This document shows, piece by piece, positions 36,190-50,149 of a DNA stretch of 64,000 bases. A model generated the notes under the pieces. That model was not told the DNA's origin and made no database searches. It worked only from the letters and a program-made list of their open reading frames with translations. The stretch is from Polymyxa betae A26-41. Taxonomy: Eukaryota > Protista > Endomyxa: Phytomyxea. Position 1 is the first letter of the stretch; each line of letters begins with the position of its first letter. Made by a program: the position numbers and the translations under genes. The stretch is from NCBI GenBank assembly GCA_003693705.1, contig RBZT01000721.1, forward strand, positions 62,001-126,000, given 5' to 3'.

Positions 36190-39100
36190 ATGGATAGGCT
36201 ACTAGCTACACCCATGACGATCAGCGTCCAGGAGAGCCTTTACCAGGTTCCTGTAAATGAATCTCCCATCTCACATGGTAGGACTCCGATACCTCTGCGT
36301 CCGGTTGGGAGGCCTCAGGCTAGATTTGCAACGCCTGCCCCTTTTGCCCCAGCTGCTTGGACTGCTTCAAACAGCGGCAGCCTTGGTAAAAGGCGTCGAG
36401 CAACACCTGCACTGAACGGCTCTGCTTTGAGACTAAAGAAGCCTGTAATCGCTCAACAAGCGCCACGAAAGACGTTCAACACATCTACGCCAGCGCCGAG
36501 AAGCGCTTTTGCAGCTGCGCTAATCGAATCAAGAAACAAGCGGCAAGTAATGCTTTTACAATCTGAAATCTTAGCCCCAGTACCCTAATCATGTCGACTC
36601 AAAGGTTGGCATTGCGATCATGAATTTGAGATCCCCTGAACTTGATCTTTACACACTTGCCGATAACCCTACGTATTCCAGTACCCTAAGGCTCATGCAT
36701 CTGTATGATCCAGTTGAAGTAAGCAAGCTGGATTCTTCTGTCAAATCCCTTATTTCGTAGATTCTCATGTCGGACACTTCTGTTGGTTCGAATTTACATA
36801 CAATTTTGAGTACGGTCCTATTGCTTGGAGATGAGATAAACTAACTGACAATGTTTCAGACAAGGAACTTGAATTCTCGAGAATTACAGTGTGTGAGTAT
36901 CTTCGTTTAACATGTACGCTTCTGACTGTTCGAAGATCAAAGAAAATACTTCAGTGAAGATCAAGGGCAACTCGCCCTGGAACAAAAGGCCACCAAGGAT
37001 AGTTTAAAGCAACTAACTTTCGACCCGGCCTTGTAAATCGACTCGGCTACGTTCCTACAATTATTTAATGCCTGGTTGCAGATTCCTTTGCCTTGCTGCA
37101 AGCAACTGCTTGATGAAATGGGTAACGTTCGAGCAGTCAGAGAGGTTTGCTCCTAATTCCATCAAGGTTAACATTTGGAAGCCACTCTTTCCTGCTAAAT
37201 GCATTTCAGGTTACTCAAAAAACTTTGGACGGCCATATGGCCCTAAGTATGTCGGTCATCAAGAATCTCGAAATCCTCTATAATGCTGTTGACCCCAAAT
37301 CCAAAAAGGGTTCGCTTTTATCGACGATGAATCTGTGCAAGACCCCTCTGGGGGGTAAGATGATGATTCGTGCTAATTGTAGTCTAACTGAAATTAGAAC
37401 GACTTCTTCGTTCTAATTTAATGCAGCCACTAACCCGCATATCTGCTATTAACGACCGGCTGGACGCTGTGGAAGAACTTCTGCAAAATGAGGACATCTT
37501 TTTCAGCCTAATTGAAGCGCTGCCTCATTTCGCTTCTCTCGATTTAGTAAATAATGGGATTGGTATGATGCTCTTAAAGATTACTTCAAATCCTAACATT
37601 CTCAGCAATGGTGGCGAACGCTCCTAATGAGAAAACTGCCCAGCAATCCATCATCAATCTCGTCAGTGAATGTTGCAATCGTGAAAAAAGCCCACATTTA
37701 CTATGCTGTATAGCTTTTGCTCAAGCAGGTTCTCAAGAATATACCTACAATTACGAGTGTGTTACAGAATTGTAAATCTCAAATACTTGCGATGATGGTA
37801 AGTCGAATTCCTTCCAAGCCAAGCCACAGATGAAAGACACTTTTAGGTTCTTTCCCTATCAGATCCTCGATCTGAGTCAATGATTGACGAAATCCACGAA
37901 GTTTTATCTGAAGAATCGGCTATTACTGAAAAAATGCCCGCTCATGTACTCCATACAAAATTGGCATTCGCCGTTAAACCTGATTTGAATGGGCTTCTCG
38001 ATGTTGGGCGAGCAACGTATTGCGAGATTATCGAAGCCATTCATGCAGTGAGTTGCTGAAGTTATCATCTTTATCATTCATTCACCGCGTTGTAGGAAAT
38101 CCAATCTTATATCACTGATTTTGATATGCCCAACATAAGAAAACATTTCAACGCCACGAGAGGTTTGTGCGGCGATGGTTCAGTTGTTGTTTGTGATTTA
38201 GTTTAGGTTTTTTTCTATCACTTCCTCTAGCATCAGCTGCAAACCTGCCAGACATATTTATTCAAGTTACTCAACACGGAAAGCGAATCAATTTTTCTAC
38301 AGCAAACTTAATATCTTTAGACGATCGACGGAAGGAATCTCTATCTGATGTTCTGGTTTTGACAGGTACGATACTCGAAATATGACATTCCCGATCGCAA
38401 TGGATTTGTTGTTAGAAAGATGTCTGCAAGAACTATCATTGTCGATCAGGAAGAATGTAGATTGGCTTCTGACCGTAGCAGAAAATATTGCTTTGCTGGA
38501 TTTACTTCTCAATTTTGCAAATTTGGTCACTCAACAACAATCATACGTTCGACCGGTCATCACCCAGGATGGCCCTATTGCGATATCGAAAGGCAGGCAT
38601 CCAATTAAGGAAGCTATCAGTAAATTTCCTTTCATTCCGAATGACGTTTACTTAAACGAAACATCGCCCTTACAAATCGTGACGGGACCTAATGGCGCCG
38701 GAAGTTGGTACAATGCTCTGTTAACTCCAGGTATCTCAAGCGCTTTAGAATCGACATACCTTCGTCAAGTTGGATTGCTGTTGATAATTTGCCACATTGG
38801 ATCTTTTGTACCTGCTGCGTACGCCTCTGTTCCAATAATAGATCAGGTAGAATATCATATAAATTGGGCCAATTTGTAAATTTTCGAACAGATTTTCACC
38901 CGAATGACACATGGCGATAATCTTGAAGGAAACGTTTCTGGATTCTTGCTTGAAGCACAAGAAGCAGCGTTAGTAAAAGCAATGTTCTTGTGCAGTGGCA
39001 TTCTTATTCTCTTTTCATAGATTTATAGTTGGCAATACTTCCAGATCAAGTTTGGTGCTAATTGACGAATTCGGTAAGCATCATTCGAAAACCTGGGCTG

Positions 39101-39854
39101 TTTAACTAAACAGTTGTGTTTTAGGACGATCAACTTCAACTGTCGATGGAGTTGGCCTGGCATGGGCTTTGATTGAGGAGTTGGTAAATAGGAAGTCGTA
39201 CACTTTGTGTGCAACGCATTTCCACGAATTAACAGACATGGCTTCGCTATACCCACAGATCAAGAATATACAGTTAAAAGTGGCTCTTTTTCGGATCTGA
39301 TATCCAATGTATCTCTGAACTTGTGCAGGTATCCCATTCAAATCGTCGAATGAACTTCTGTTATTCGGTGGCTAATGGCTCTTGCAAAGAGGTATAAAGC
39401 TTTGGCGTTGATGTCGACCTTGGCATATGAACATTGCAACCAGGTATCGAAGCATTATGGTGTTCAGATAGCTGGTAGCAAGAGTTTGAGGCCATCATCG
39501 TTTTCCTGCTTTGACAACGCTCTTAGAAATGGCTCTGTTTCCTCCATCTACCATCAAATTTGCTCGAGCATTAAGCTCTCAGCTTCGGCGGCAATTCAAT
39601 ATCAATACTCCTGATTGTCCAAGAACTAGCTGCTTCTACGATGTCATCCAAAAACTGATTTCTCTACGTCATTCCAGTCTTCCAAGGGGGAACCTCGTAT
39701 TGTAAACTTGTCCTAAGTTGCAGGATGATTTTTGATAGTCCACAGATATCTACAGCAAATTCGGGAGGATATGTTGCATTTTGACGATGATTCTTCAGGC
39801 GAAATCTCAGAAGATGATGGCGACCATGCATCTGGTCAGCAAGAGGATAGCTGA
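36190..39854 (+). CDS. MSH4: Meiosis-specific MutS homolog 4, many introns
   Basis: ESRNKRQ|VGIAIMNLRSPELDLYTLADNPTYS (MSH4-type N-terminus, no mismatch-binding domain), NLEIL, KTPLG, GRHPI, TGPNGAG|KSTYLRQ, VLIDEF|GRSTS, ATHFHEL, HYGVQIA. Confidence 0.88.
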
Positions 39855-40939
39855 TAACGCTAATGTTTATAATTCAGTATTGTGCAGCAAGCCTGATTTT
39901 GTAAATTCGCTAAAGAGCCATTTATCCTGAAAATCTCATCACTGAAATGTCTCGTTGTGACCGCTTTCATCAAAATGGCGCGCAGGGAGAAACATTGAGA
40001 ACCAACTTTCGATGAAGAGAACATCATAAGAAAATTAGGAAAAACATTAACTTTCTCCAATTCATTTTCAATTTCCATCTTAACCATCTCCTGTTCTCTC
40101 TCGGCTTTGCTTCTCGTATTTTTCGACTTCTTCCTCCATTTCTTCCATTGCCTCATGTATATATTCGTGCATTTTTGTATCTGGCCTTGATTTGGTTGAA
40201 TATTATTTTCACCGCCTTGACGATCAGCGGAATGACGGCGTTGATGATCAGGACCTACGAGACGCGTCCGGGGAATGCATCGTTAGCCTCCATGAAGTGC
40301 TATGGTGTGAACAAAGTGAAAACAAGAGCGAAGGAATAAGCGAACAATTGGGTTCTATTTAGACTAATCCTGATTCCGTTTCAGTCGATGTTGAGACAGC
40401 AGGGAATGCGACTTCCTCAAAGAAGGCCCAATTCAGTTCAATCTGGAGCTAATGGCGAGGTTTACAACGTGACATCCAGTGATCGGTCTTGCCGAACGCT
40501 GGTCTGAAGCTCAAACCAGCTACTATCGATAATAGCGATCAGCGATGTGACTTACTATGTTCTGTTATATCGTAATACTATTACATCCCGATGGATAATT
40601 ACTGCTAATGCTGCTCTGTGTTGCTCTAATGTAATGTTAGCTTTCTATGGGGCATTTTTTCGTCGTCGCCCCTCTTGCTGTTGAACTCTAAATCCCTTTT
40701 CTCTTGACGGAATCCGAAATTCCATCCTCAACCCAAGCAGGTTCCTGGAGAACAATTAATCTATACGTGTTGCTTGCAATGTGTGAAATGTGAGACTGTC
40801 AGACAGTGAGGAAGGATTTGGCGCGCAATTCAATTGACGCTGCCACCCTTCCTAACTGATTATCATCATCGCGACTTCAGCTTTAGTCCCAAAACGGACA
40901 TCAAGGAAGAGAAGGGACGCGTGGTGATCTCACAAAGTC

Positions 40940-42064
40940 ATGCCGCGAATCGTCGCGTTCTCGCCAGCCACTGCTTTGACCAGGTCGTCGCAGTTCGACA
41001 ATCGCCAGGCTGAATTGCAGAGCCCGGAGCTGAAATCCTTACAGCTGAAATGGCTCTCATCACCTCGTACGAAAACGAATGCCTCCAATATCAAAGGCGC
41101 GCCTATTGAGCTAGATTTCGACCAATCTGATGACACCATCGGCGTCTTCCGTCTGATTGATTCGCAAGCGCCACCTGTATTTGATAGGCCGGATCAGCGC
41201 TGGACCGACGATATCCACGAGCTGCCTTTAGAATCTATTGCTGTTTATCTGTCCATGGCCGAACTTAGCTCCGTCATGCGAACATGTCGACGATGGCGCA
41301 GCGCCTTCTCCCACGACTCGGTCTGGAGAATGGTGTACGCCAGGACGTCCCATCCTCAGGTGATCTCTCGTCGATCTCACGCCCGAAGCTGGCGCTCTCT
41401 GTGTCTGAGCGGACCTCGGCTCTCCATTCCCGAGCTCCTCTCCCTACAACCAGAACATTGCTATTTCGATATGACGCCGCCATTGCCCTACCAATTCTCA
41501 CCGGCTTCAGCGAACGAAATTTTAGGTCATCCCCGTTCGCCGATCATCGCATGCTTGGAAATTCTTCCAGGGTTTTATTGGACGGTTCTTCAGACCGTTG
41601 TTGGATTTGTTCATACCGGGGTTGTGACAATGAACGGGTCGGTGGTTGTCGAGCGAGGTCTTGGTGTGGCCAGTCGGTATCTTGCGGCGTTATCGCCATC
41701 GGGATGGCGTTCCGTTAATCTGCGTTCGTTGACATTGTTGTTGGTCTCACTGCAAGCGATTCCGGCGGCGATCGCTGTCAGCGACGCCATCAGACATGAA
41801 GGATCGTTTCTGATGAAGGATCCATTTCGCCTGGTGTTACGATTCCGTCCCGATGCTCCATCCACTCATTATTTCTTCACACGTCCTGGACCCGCTCGTG
41901 CAAGGAACCTGGCCATGCTGCCCGATATTCTGGCTGAGGCTTTAGATCTGGACGAGAATGCATCGCCGGGAGATTCGGACTCATTTGCAACATTGGAGTT
42001 CTGCAAACGAACAAACGAGTTAATATGGACCGGAAGATATTCCCTTAACAAAGCGACCAGCTAA
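40940..42064 (+). CDS. F-box protein, intronless
   Basis: IHELPLESIAVYLSMAELSSVMRTCRRWRSAFSHDSVWR F-box signature within a 374-aa ORF. Confidence 0.8.
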   Translation: MPRIVAFSPATALTRSSQFDNRQAELQSPELKSLQLKWLSSPRTKTNASNIKGAPIELDFDQSDDTIGVFRLIDSQAPPVFDRPDQRWTDDIHELPLESIAVYLSMAELSSVMRTCRRWRSAFSHDSVWRMVYARTSHPQVISRRSHARSWRSLCLSGPRLSIPELLSLQPEHCYFDMTPPLPYQFSPASANEILGHPRSPIIACLEILPGFYWTVLQTVVGFVHTGVVTMNGSVVVERGLGVASRYLAALSPSGWRSVNLRSLTLLLVSLQAIPAAIAVSDAIRHEGSFLMKDPFRLVLRFRPDAPSTHYFFTRPGPARARNLAMLPDILAEALDLDENASPGDSDSFATLEFCKRTNELIWTGRYSLNKATS

Positions 42065-42270
42065 TGATTGCTTCTATTTTTAATCATATCCTGTGGCAGC
42101 CTCAAAACTGCCATTTAAATTGCTATAAAGAATGCCTGAAAGATGTGCGACTATTTTGCTTCTGTTTATTCTCTGAATCAGAACAATGGCAACAAAAGTG
42201 GGATCTAATCGGCTAATCTCTTGTCACGAACTTCGGTGATTCTAGATCGGAAAGTTTCAAAAAGCCGTGG

Positions 42271-42662
42271 ATGGATTCGGGTCGTGAAGGCGGCGACGAC
42301 CTGGTCGAATATGTGCTATTAGAGATTCCATCGAAGCCGGATTATCTCTTCAATGAAGACATGATAACAATCTCAGTATGTTCTATTCAGGCTGGTGGGT
42401 TTCTAAAGGTTCTAAGCCGCCCTAGGATCTGCAGACATCCAGGCCCAAGATGACGGTCGGCAGGAAGCATCTAACCGGCGATTATCAGGACGTGATGGGA
42501 ACAGCATTGATATTCGAGAAGCATGAAGAGCGTGCCGAATCGGATTCGGCTCCTACCGTATTCGGGAGCTTACCTGAGCGTACTGCACCCAGAAAACAAT
42601 CACAAGGCCAGGTGACCGTCAGACACTTTACAACAACTACTAAAACCATCGTCTTTAAGTAA
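42271..42662 (+). CDS. TFIIIC subunit 6 (triple-barrel domain)-like, 1 intron
   Basis: VEYVLLEI...ITIS|DLQTSRPKMTVGRKHLTGDYQDVMGTALIFE fits the TFIIIC_sub6 pattern. Confidence 0.7.
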
Positions 42663-42778
42663 TTGATTGGCCTAAAGAAGTTCCAATCATTTTTTTGGTT
42701 CTGAAAAGAAACTAAACTTTCTGCAAAATCCAATCACGATTTTCTGCAATTTTTGCGCTATCGCCTTCTCTATTTCAG

Positions 42779-43488
42779 ATGGAGATTTCGGAAGATTTTC
42801 GTCTCCGGCTGCGATCGACAGACGAGGCTTATCAGTCGTGCAGGAACACCTGGAGGTCTCTAGCAACGAATGCAGTTCGAATCGGCAGCGATTTTGTCAA
42901 TGCCATGCTCCGGATGGAGTCGGTGTATCGCAGCTCGAAAGACGACCTGACCAAGGAGAAGAATGAGGCCGACCTGGAGAAATCGTCCATCGAGATTGAG
43001 ACCGAGTATCGGACCTGTCTATCAGATTTCGTAAAATTCGTTTTGAAATTGTTTCTATAATCACTGATTTTGTTGTACAGAGACGTTGCTATACACAGTT
43101 CCGATCGGCTATCGATTCGTTTGAGAGATTTCGTCATGAATTGTATAATCACGATCCGACCTGCTTGGATCGTCTTCGGGCAGGTTCATCTACAGTTGAC
43201 GACATCTGTGAGCGTTTACGTGCTTTCATTTCATCAAAATCGCTCATTTCGTATTTAGTATCGGATCTGAGAAGCGTCCTGGCGATGTTCGCTCGCGAGC
43301 TGGTCGTGAAATCTGCATTCGCCAAGGTGATGTCGAGATCTCGCGGTGGCCGTTCAGATCGGCTCACTCGAGACCAATGGACCGCTCAGCTGAACTCGCT
43401 TCTACTCGAGCCATTCCTGCTGCAAGCCCGCTGTGATCGCCTATCTATTTTGTTAGATGTCATTAAAGAACCCAATCATTGCCGATGA
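42779..43488 (+). CDS. Hypothetical helical protein (CINP/C1orf109-like)
   Basis: AMFARELVVKSAFAK...LNSLLLEPFL resembles the C-terminus of that family; intron near 43031. Confidence 0.4.
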
Positions 43489-43657
43489 ACTGGTTCGCCA
43501 CGCTTCTTGTTGTATTTTTAAATGTTTTTTTGTTTTTCTGGAAGGTGATGCAACTTTTATTGCACTTTTTGGTCTTTTTTCAAGGATGGTACTATAACAG
43601 GAAGGCTTACGAGGAGTCCGGCGTCGGATTCCGTCCCAATTATAACTCGTCGTGGTT

Positions 43658-43913
43658 ATGGCGACGCTGCCTGGGGACATCGACACGTTCGGCAAGCGAG
43701 CTTTACGTCTTGGGACGTTCGTTGGGTGTGTAGCGACCGCCGCCTATCTGGTCCTGTTTCACGATTATGGCCTACCCGAGCCTCATTGCTTCACCGGGGT
43801 CGTCCTGTCATTGTTGGCAGGTTCTACAAGCTAACTGAATCTCTTAGATACGCAATCTGTACAAGGCCAAGAAAGCACAGCTATTATCGACTCCAGATCA
43901 GACCAAACAATGA
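43658..43913 (+). CDS. Small single-TM protein, 1 intron
   Basis: MATLPG...VGCVATAAYLVLFHDYGLPEPHCFTG|IRNLYKAKK...*. Confidence 0.5.
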
Positions 43914-43952
43914 AGCGATTTGTGATATTTCATTAGTTTAATCAGAAAGATT

Positions 43953-44341
43953 TCAAGCTGTCGATGTCTCGTATTTCAGTTTTCGGGCGAGATTCTGGAC
44001 AAACAGGTTTCTTCGTAGCGATTCGCGACGATTCGTTTTCTTGAGCTTAGCGCTGTCGAAGCTGACGCCCAGGACGAGCTCATCATCGCTCCCATCCTGC
44101 ATGGCAATGTCGAGCTTCAGCTTGGAGATGATTCTGGATAGATCGTCGTCGACCTCGTCTAGTACAACGTCATCTCGAAGGTCCATCTATTGGTGACTGA
44201 TTGTTCCCGAACGGCCGGTGGATTGATCCACCACATGCTTCCGTGGACGTCGCCATCGTCAAAGGACGCCCCCCATAGCGTGATTGTCGGACTTTCGCAA
44301 TCTTCTCCCGCTGCATTCTCGCTCTCTGCCCTCTCTGCCAT
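43953..44341 (-). CDS. Small acidic hypothetical protein
   Basis: Two adjoining ORFs (44159-44353, 43953-44186), probably joined by one intron. Confidence 0.4.
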
Positions 44342-44491
44342 CGCCTCTATCACAGCGACGACTCGTAGTAAACCCTTGCGACAGTCGAAACTGTGATTGC
44401 CCTGTCAGCCCCAGCAACAGTCTACTAGGCGGGACCTTCGTGCCAGTTGAACGAACAGCTTGTACAGTTGAGGCGGGACCTTCTACAGTCA

Positions 44492-46524
44492 ATGGAACCC
44501 GTGCTGCTGTCAGTTCTGTCATCAGATGGTTTTGCTACAGGCAATGCACCATTCTCGTCTCTATCGCCGCTTGATCTCGGGGCGGTCAATCTTTCTGAGC
44601 CAGCTTTCGCATGGTCGCCGGATCGTCAGCTTCTAGCTGCAGTCGGCAATGGCGATGAGCAAGTGTTCGTAATCCCGGCATCATCCATTCATGATGGCAA
44701 ACCCGTCCCGAAGTTACTCATTTCTGAGAAATCAGTCTCGTCCATCTGTTTTTCACAAAAATCGTCATGGATTTGCACCTGGCGTAAACCTGTTTCTGAC
44801 TCCGACCTGAATATGGCGGTATGGTCGCTGGAGACCGGCGCGTGTATTGTTCGTTCTCGTCGTGCTCGATTAAACAGCGCTGCTGGTGACCCTGTGCAAT
44901 GGTCCAGTGACGAGAAGACTGTCTGGATTCAATCAGGCTCTGAATTACTCGGCTACGAGATCGAATCGAATTCGACTCACGACCCTTGTCGTCATCCTTA
45001 CAAGCATCGTCTCCATGTTCCCGGTATGGTGCGATTTTGGCTGGCGCCGCTAATCGAGCCATCTTATCGCGTTCTGGTGCTGATTGCTGAGAAAAAAGGC
45101 GAGCCTGCGAAATGCATCGTTTACAATTCCAATGCTTTCGATAAACCGGTGTGCTCCAAGAGCTTCTATCAATCCGACGATGTCGAAGCTATGTGGTCTC
45201 CGGCGGGCCACGCCGTTCTTGTTAAGGCTTCAGCTGCTCATGATGCCTCTGGTAAATCATACTATGGGAGCGCATCGTTGTATCTGTTGCCTGCCGATGG
45301 GTACAATGCGCCCATGACTATCGTCGCAGCTGGGACCGATGGTGCTTGCGCTGATGCTCAGTGGAACCCCATTCGAAGCAAGCGCGAATTCGGTGTCGTC
45401 TGTGGGCGTCGTGCTTGGATTTGCAATTCCGTCAATGGAAAATGTACGATCGACTTTGGTAAGAATTCTTGGAACACATTCCGATACAGCCCATCCGGAA
45501 GGTCTGTTTATCTGTTCATGCCCGTATTCTTGCTCTCATGTTTCATTGAGTAGATACGTGGCGCTGGGTGGTTTTGGAAATCTTCCTGGAAAGCTCTGGT
45601 TCTTTGATCGCACGGAGAAGCGATTCTTGGGCACCGGTGTTGATCATGTAAATTGCTGTTTTATTGGGACATATTATATCCCTAATGTAATGATATACAG
45701 AGTAGCAAGTTCATTGGTTGGTCGCCGGATTCCCAGTATGTTCTCACCGCAAGACTATTTCCTAGTCGAAGAGTAACTCGTTGTGATGATTGTCTTGAAC
45801 GCTTATTGAGATTCGAACTTTAGGTCGAGAATGGGTTCACAATCTTCAAATATACAGGGGACGTCGTGTCAAAACATGAGTTCAATAGGCTTGTGGATGC
45901 TCAGATTCTAGCCTTGAAGCCGCCATCCGAGTATCCTAACGTTGCGACTCCAGCCGAAGTAATTGAGCGCTCTCAGCCCATTGAGGCTGCTGCTACAACC
46001 GTCCCTGGAGCCGCATCAGCTGGCGCCTATATTCCACCTAAAGCGAGAGCAGCAGCGGCTGCTGCTGCTGCAGCGGCTGGTGCTCCCGTTCAAAACAATG
46101 TCAGCTCAATGCTCCAACAGCTTCGTGATAGCCACGGCCCACAGAAGGTAATCTGTTAGAAACTCACAAAACAAGACACTCAGAAACAAGTCAGGTTGGA
46201 TTGCAACCCACGGCACCTGCTCCGCAACCGAAAAGCGACGATCCCAAACGTGCGGCTAAAAACCAGGCAAAAAGAGAAAGGAGGAGTAAGGCCAAAGCCG
46301 CGGAAGCAGAATTGTCTGCAAAAGCAGGGGTCGAAGATAAGGCATCAGCGGCTGCTGACAAGGAAAGGGCTCTCAAAGCTTTGAACAAAAAGCTTCGTCA
46401 AATTCAGCAGTTGAAAGAGCAAAAACAAGACGGCAAACTGGTGCTAAATTCTGAGCAAGAAGAGAAGCTTGCTAGAGAGCAAGAAATCATCAAGCAAATT
46501 GAGGCCTTATCTGTTCAGTGTTAG
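44492..46524 (+). CDS. EIF2A: Eukaryotic translation initiation factor 2A
   Basis: KSFYQSDDVEAMWSPAG, DASGKSYYG, GGFGNLPG, WSPDSQYVLTA, VENGFTIF, AYIPP, C-terminal KKLRQIQQLK...EQEEKL. Confidence 0.92.
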
Positions 46525-47220
46525 GCGTCATAAATTGTCGATTGTACATTCATCAATACGTTCTACTTTGTTGTTCCGTACTGCTAGAAAATTCGGAATA
46601 TCGCAAATCTTGTGAGAATATGTTCCGACCCGGTTGAATTTGCAATGATTAAGTTTTAAATGCTCCATGCGATTTTGCTGAAGTCGTTTAACAAAACATT
46701 GCGTCAGCACTCGATCACGGCAAGAATTTAGCAGCTCAGATTGTGTCTAATAGTGTGAAGGTGGAAGGATCAGAACGGAGATCGTTTAATCAATGGTTCA
46801 TGTTTCAGAGGGGGCCGTCATCTAACTCATCGATGGGTGAACTGATTGCTTTTCAAAGTGCAGAACAGACGACGCCTTATGTATCCTGCAAAGACTTCCC
46901 ACCAGCCTATAGATTCACAATACAATACCGTACGATACAAATGCAATAATAGAAAATCGTCTGGTCAAACACAGATGTACATTGAAAAACTGGATTTTGG
47001 CTTGAGACGGTACGAAGCAAGAAGCTTAGCATGCTTATCATGGCAGCAGACAGCATGATTGCTCCTCTTTAACCATTTGATTGTCGACTGTTGAGCCAAA
47101 AGACTGATTGACAGTTTGACTGGTGCGCGGCCTGTCCATTCTCCTTGACTGTTTTGGCCTTGGACCTTGGTTGGCCTTTGGGTCATTTTCCATACAGGAT
47201 TCACAAATCGCTATGTCCAG

Positions 47221-48905
47221 ATGATTGCCGACATTCTTGATCAGGTCGTTCAGTTCCTGGACGCCGATGAGGTCGGCCGACTGCTCTCAGTTTGCAAAGG
47301 CTGGCTGAAAACGCTGCATGTTCGCGCCGTTTGGAGAAGGCAATGCTTGGATCCTGGCTCCAGCACACGATTGGCACTTCCGCCCAGCATTCCTATTGCA
47401 GAGCTCGATGCGAACCAGATGAGGTCGCTTCTAGTCTGTATCAGATCGCTCTCATCGCCTGTGCTGAACTTCGTCATCATCAAAGAAGGCATTTTCGAGT
47501 CGTCGCGCGATGATGATTCTCAAGGCATAGAGAAAACGTTGGATTTTCGAAAGGACAGTTTCTGGTCTTCAACCGGATCTGAATCCCAAGATGAAGGCGC
47601 CTTGTTAGTTTATCAGCTAATCCATGGCCTTTGCGTGATCAAAAAGGTTTCGATTACCCCGTTTCGAGCCTTCTATCAACAGGTCTCCACTCTCTTTCAA
47701 AACGTTTACATTGGCCTCTAAATCTGTTTTTGAAGAGAATGCAATGTTATGGCCCCTTAAGAGCCCGTATCACGGTTCTGCTCTTCCCCGACGATGAATC
47801 GAGCATCACATACCGCGGTCCATGGTGCAATCTTGAAAATGTCGAAAGTGGGTTTTCAAAACATTTTTTATGCGTCGCTCATTTGCAAAAGAACCATTCT
47901 GGTTTGATATCGAAAGGGAAATGATTGTTGGTGGAGCATTTCGTGTTGAACTTGAAGGGCGATGGTCAAAGCAGCCCAGCGATCAGCTGTACTATGTCTG
48001 TCTACGTGATGTGATGTGCTGTGGCGTTCCTGTAGCAGCCGTACCGAGCCAGACATTTCTCAGTGCCTTGTACGGCAGGGTGAAGGAATCCGAACGTGGC
48101 CGTCTCATGTCGTACCAGCAATTTCATGCCTTGCTTTTTGACGAAGTCGAACTGATGCAGAATGCGGTCAAAAACGAACTAACCAAGCAGCGGGCGATGC
48201 TGAAATGCCGAGCGCTGATTAACTGTCGTCGAATCGACGATTTGATTGAAACCGTCTTCCCCTCATACTATTACGATCTGCATTTCCGCGACGAAGTCGC
48301 CCGCGATGTTTGCGAACTGGATGACGGTTGCATCTCCGCGTACATTGACGCTTTGAGCGATATGCAAGTCGTCCTGACCGAAGAAGAATCGATCTGCCAC
48401 GGAAAGATGACGGTTCGCTCGAAAGATCTCAAATCGTTTGTCGAGTTGGTTTCTGCTCTTCGCATCTCTTTCTCAGAACGGCTCGGTGATGTCTTCTTCG
48501 ACGCCGGCGATTATGCGTCTGCTATGACATGCTATTCGGCTGCTATGGTCTCAGATAAGGTTCGTTTTTGGTTCATTCGGTATTAATGTGTTGTCTGAGC
48601 TCAGTCAGGTGTTAATAACCTGTGCCCATCTCTGCAGCAAACCTCGAACGGTAACTTACCTGACCATCCTTATCCGGACCTACGACAACGGCCCTGAAGC
48701 TGTTGAGAGCATCTTCGCCATTTTGAAAAGACGTCACCATCCGCATATCGGCTGCCTGTTTCTGCAGAAAATGGTCCAGCAGCATTATATCGATATGCGG
48801 ATGGCTGCTAGGCTTTTGGAAATGCCATCAGCGAGTGCCGATTTGGTGCAGGACTATATGAAAAAACAGGAAGCCTTGTACAATCCGATGCTTAATGATG
48901 CTTAA
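47221..48905 (+). CDS. F-box protein (plant At4g00755-like beta-sandwich) with clathrin-linker-like C-terminus
   Basis: ILDQVVQFLDADEVGRLLSVCKGW; SFWSSTGS..LLVYQL..LCVIKKVSITPFRAFYQ; GGAFRVELEGR..DQLYYVC; FSERLGDVF. Confidence 0.75.
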
Positions 48906-50149
48906 TTCATCATGTCGTTGCGATTGCTGTGATTACCCTTTATTTAGACTATAGAAGGCATCGTTCCTTAAGCCAGTACTATTCATCTACCTATCTAGTA
49001 ATTTATTGTCCGGTTCGAATAAACAGTCATTTTTATCTGCATGCGAACCGAGCTGAAGTGGGCATTTTTCAAATTTCCGAATCTAATCTGGCACGTGTCG
49101 TTCACGAAGAGAGGTAAAAACAACAACTGCTGATCGAACCAGTAGGTACCAAGCCGGTTTGTGTCAGCCGCCTAAAGGCCACAATCGGCCGTCTGCCCAC
49201 CTCCGAATCCCATCACACTGTCTATTGGTTCGCCATCGCTCAGAACACTTCGGCCGATATCCCTTCGATAGCCAGAAACCTCTCGAAGAGGAACGAGCGA
49301 CGGCGCCGACTGCATTACGTAACGTTAACACCAATCCATTCAAAATTGAGCGCAGCCTGTATTGGGCTGTGCTCGCGCACTACAAACAGCAATCAGCAAT
49401 TTGCAGTCATTTTGACCTGATCGCTGCCGGCGTCGTCCAACCCGAAGCTGCTCGACCTGCTCCTCTGTCCGCCAACCTGAGAGCATCGCGCTGCTGAACA
49501 CGCTCGTCGTCGAGTGTGGCCATCGGTGCCGATGGCAACCTCGAAAGCCAGCTCGAAATTTAAGCCGGTCCGGGCGCGATGCCAGCGGCTGAAAATTGGG
49601 GATTGGTCCTATACGGCACCGAATGGGAGCGCGAAAACTGATTTCGAGGCCAAGTTTCTGTTTAGTCGGTGAGCTGGATGGTCTTTGTTTCGAACGCCAG
49701 CTTGACTGTCTATTACAGCAAGCGATTGGTTTGGGAGTGGAAAGTGGACAGCCAATCAAAGCGGAAAGTCGAAGTGAACTTTGCCAGCATCGAACAAATT
49801 TGTTAGTATGCAGCAAGATAGGAACGTCTAATATTCATATCGGGACAGATTCGGAAGGCAACAGTGCCGGCAATCAATGCAAATTGTTCATCGTTGTGAA
49901 AAGTGCCCCGACTCTTTACCATGGAACAATCTTGAACAATCAGCCAACAAAATGGTCGACTACCGAGGATTTCACAAACGGATGTTATATGAAATCGTCT
50001 CTTCATGAGCTGGATCTAGCGACCGAGTTGAGTGCTCTGAACGCCATTTTACAAACTCTTGGCGAGTTCGCTCCAAAGTATAATATGTCACTGTTTTTTC
50101 TATGTGATGCAATTCTAACGCATCCCGTCTTGCCTTTAGTTTCCGCGAA

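Noticed and set aside
39860-40430. Minus-strand lysine-rich ORF as a gene
   Set aside because: No consistent exon model or recognisable motif.
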